A stretch of 64,000 nt of DNA from Eledone cirrhosa. Lineage: Eukaryota. The stretch spans positions 317,006,001 to 317,070,000 of the forward strand of contig OZ024742.1 of the NCBI GenBank assembly GCA_964016885.1, given 5' to 3'. Position 1 is the stretch's first letter. Each line of letters opens with the position of its first letter. Both the position numbers and the translations under genes were made by a program. Shown one piece after another: positions 62,287-64,000 of this stretch. The notes beneath the pieces were generated by a model. It was not told the origin of the DNA. It did not search any database and saw nothing but the letters and a program-made list of their open reading frames with translations.

Positions 62287-62861
62287 CAAATGTTAAAAAA
62301 GAAAGAAACGAATGAAAAAATATGTTTTCTTCGTATTTTGACTGAATTTCTTTTTTTCTATCATTCTAGAATTTTCATTTATTTTCAATATCTTTGAAGA
62401 TATTTGAATAGGTGATATTAAAATGTATTGTATTGATCTTTTCATATAATTTCATCAAAGTAATTTTTTTTTATGCGTACATCTCTGAGTTGAAATACTA
62501 GAGTTAGTGAGAAACTAAGCACTAAGATCAAGTGGGAAGTTGTACTCCTAGTTCTATATAGAATATTTACCCCTGGATGTAGAAATAGAATACAATTAAA
62601 TTCTACACTCTTCAGATTACTTTGTTTGGGCCAAATTGTCTCAATTTGTGAATTCTAGGGATACCAGAAGACTAAAGGAAACAGCTTTCACAGAAAAAAC
62701 GGAGTGAATCTTTAACTTGCCCCCGACAACTCCCTTACCCAATCTTAACTTCAGTTGCCCCAACTACGTCTTGGAACTGGACTGGACTTATATCACGTGC
62801 AGGTCATAGCTTCGGCCCAAGTATCGAAAATATTATGTGAGTTTTTTATTCTAATATATAA

Positions 62862-63042
62862 TTGTTTCTACTTTCGGCACAAGACCAGCAATTACCCCAG
62901 TGCATTACTGGTGCCTTATTTTATCGACCCTGTAATAAAGAAAGGCAAAGTTATCCTCGGTGGGAGTTGAACTCAGCCCGTAAAGGACCGTAACTATGCT
63001 GCACAGCATGGAGTCTGACGCTCTACCGATACTGCCAATCCA
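62862..63042 (-). mobile_element. tRNA-derived SINE, full copy; more decayed copies at ~63580-63880
   Basis: ggcacaag.ccagc...tttatcgacc...aaaggcaaagtt...tgaactcag...taccgatactgccaatcca. Confidence 0.8.
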
Positions 63043-64000
63043 TGTCTATATTCTGATATATAATGTCCCTCCTTTGTTTTGCTTGTTGTATTGAATTTTG
63101 CTATCTACGCATTGCAAGAGACATATGTAAACAATGCCATTTTTGTTGTGCAATGAAAGCAATATTATCATAGTATCTTGTCAATAACATATGCCTGACA
63201 CTTAATGTGTATTTGTTTTTGAAAACCACAATAAACAGAACGTTATGTTTATCTGGTTTGCATAAGTATCCTGAATATTGTAAATTGATACTGATATGAG
63301 AGAGTTCAACTGTGTTTTAGAAGAAAAAATATATCAATTTATCTGTTTATAAGCAGACACATGTATATATTCTCAACGTGTGTCATGTTTCGTAGTTTAC
63401 GTCTATGTATGAAAAGTTCTACAATAAATCCACATCAATATTTTTTTCATGTATTTAGAAAATTGCAAATGTTCTTTTAAAAACCGTAATTTTGTAGGGT
63501 TATGTGATCGCAATCTGTGCTCACTATAATCAAATATTTTCCTTACCCTGAACATTCAAGAATAATACTAATTATTTCTAACATTGGCACAAGGTCAGCA
63601 ATTAGAAGGAAGGAGAACGTCGATTATAACTACTCCAGAATTTAGCTAACATTATTTTAACGTCTCCGGAAGAGTGAAAAGTAAATTAAACTGGGCGGGA
63701 TCGGAACTCAGAATGGAGAGACCAGAAGACACTGCCAAATCGACTTCTCTTTTATACAGATTTCCTCCTTAAGCACAAAGCCAGTAGTTTGGGAAAACGG
63801 AAATGTTGATTAAATCGATCGCAGTACATTGTTAATACATTTTTCTCGACGCAGAATTTGAACTCAGAATGTAAAGTCCTGTGCTTTTTCTGCTGTTGAT
63901 GCAAATATATTGTTGTTGTTGGTGTTGTTGTTGATGTTGATGTTCTTGTTACTGTTTGTAGTTGTATGTTTCTGTTGTAGTTCTTGTGTTAGTGGTGGTG

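Noticed and set aside
58496-62397. Many [12 protein letters not shown] ORFs (also at 772, 2220, 12801, 16799, 18572)
   Set aside because: Translations of dinucleotide microsatellites.

Overview
Eukaryotic (animal) non-genic DNA, AT-rich and microsatellite-rich. I found no host gene; the SINE type and repeat style suggest a mollusc, probably a cephalopod (inference). The dominant structure spans ~21.0-57.9 kb: two stacks (20987-42334 and ~43795-57938) holding 11 non-LTR retrotransposon copies, with an (AAT)n tract at essentially every junction. Five are Tx1/L1-clade APE-RT elements, all on the minus strand. Six are R4/Dong-like RT-RLE elements, all on the plus strand. Two unrelated integration machineries therefore appear to share and regenerate one microsatellite target with opposite, strict polarity. 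The flanks hold two decayed RTE LINEs, a 41-bp satellite (~49 copies) amplified out of an RTE RT coding motif, a decayed hAT(m)-like DNA transposon with an 8-bp TSD, and a Penelope-like element with an inverted pseudo-LTR. They also hold several palindromic Penelope footprints carrying minimal hammerhead-ribozyme motifs, tRNA-derived SINEs, MITE-like inverted repeats and local duplications. Every TE ORF inspected is disrupted.
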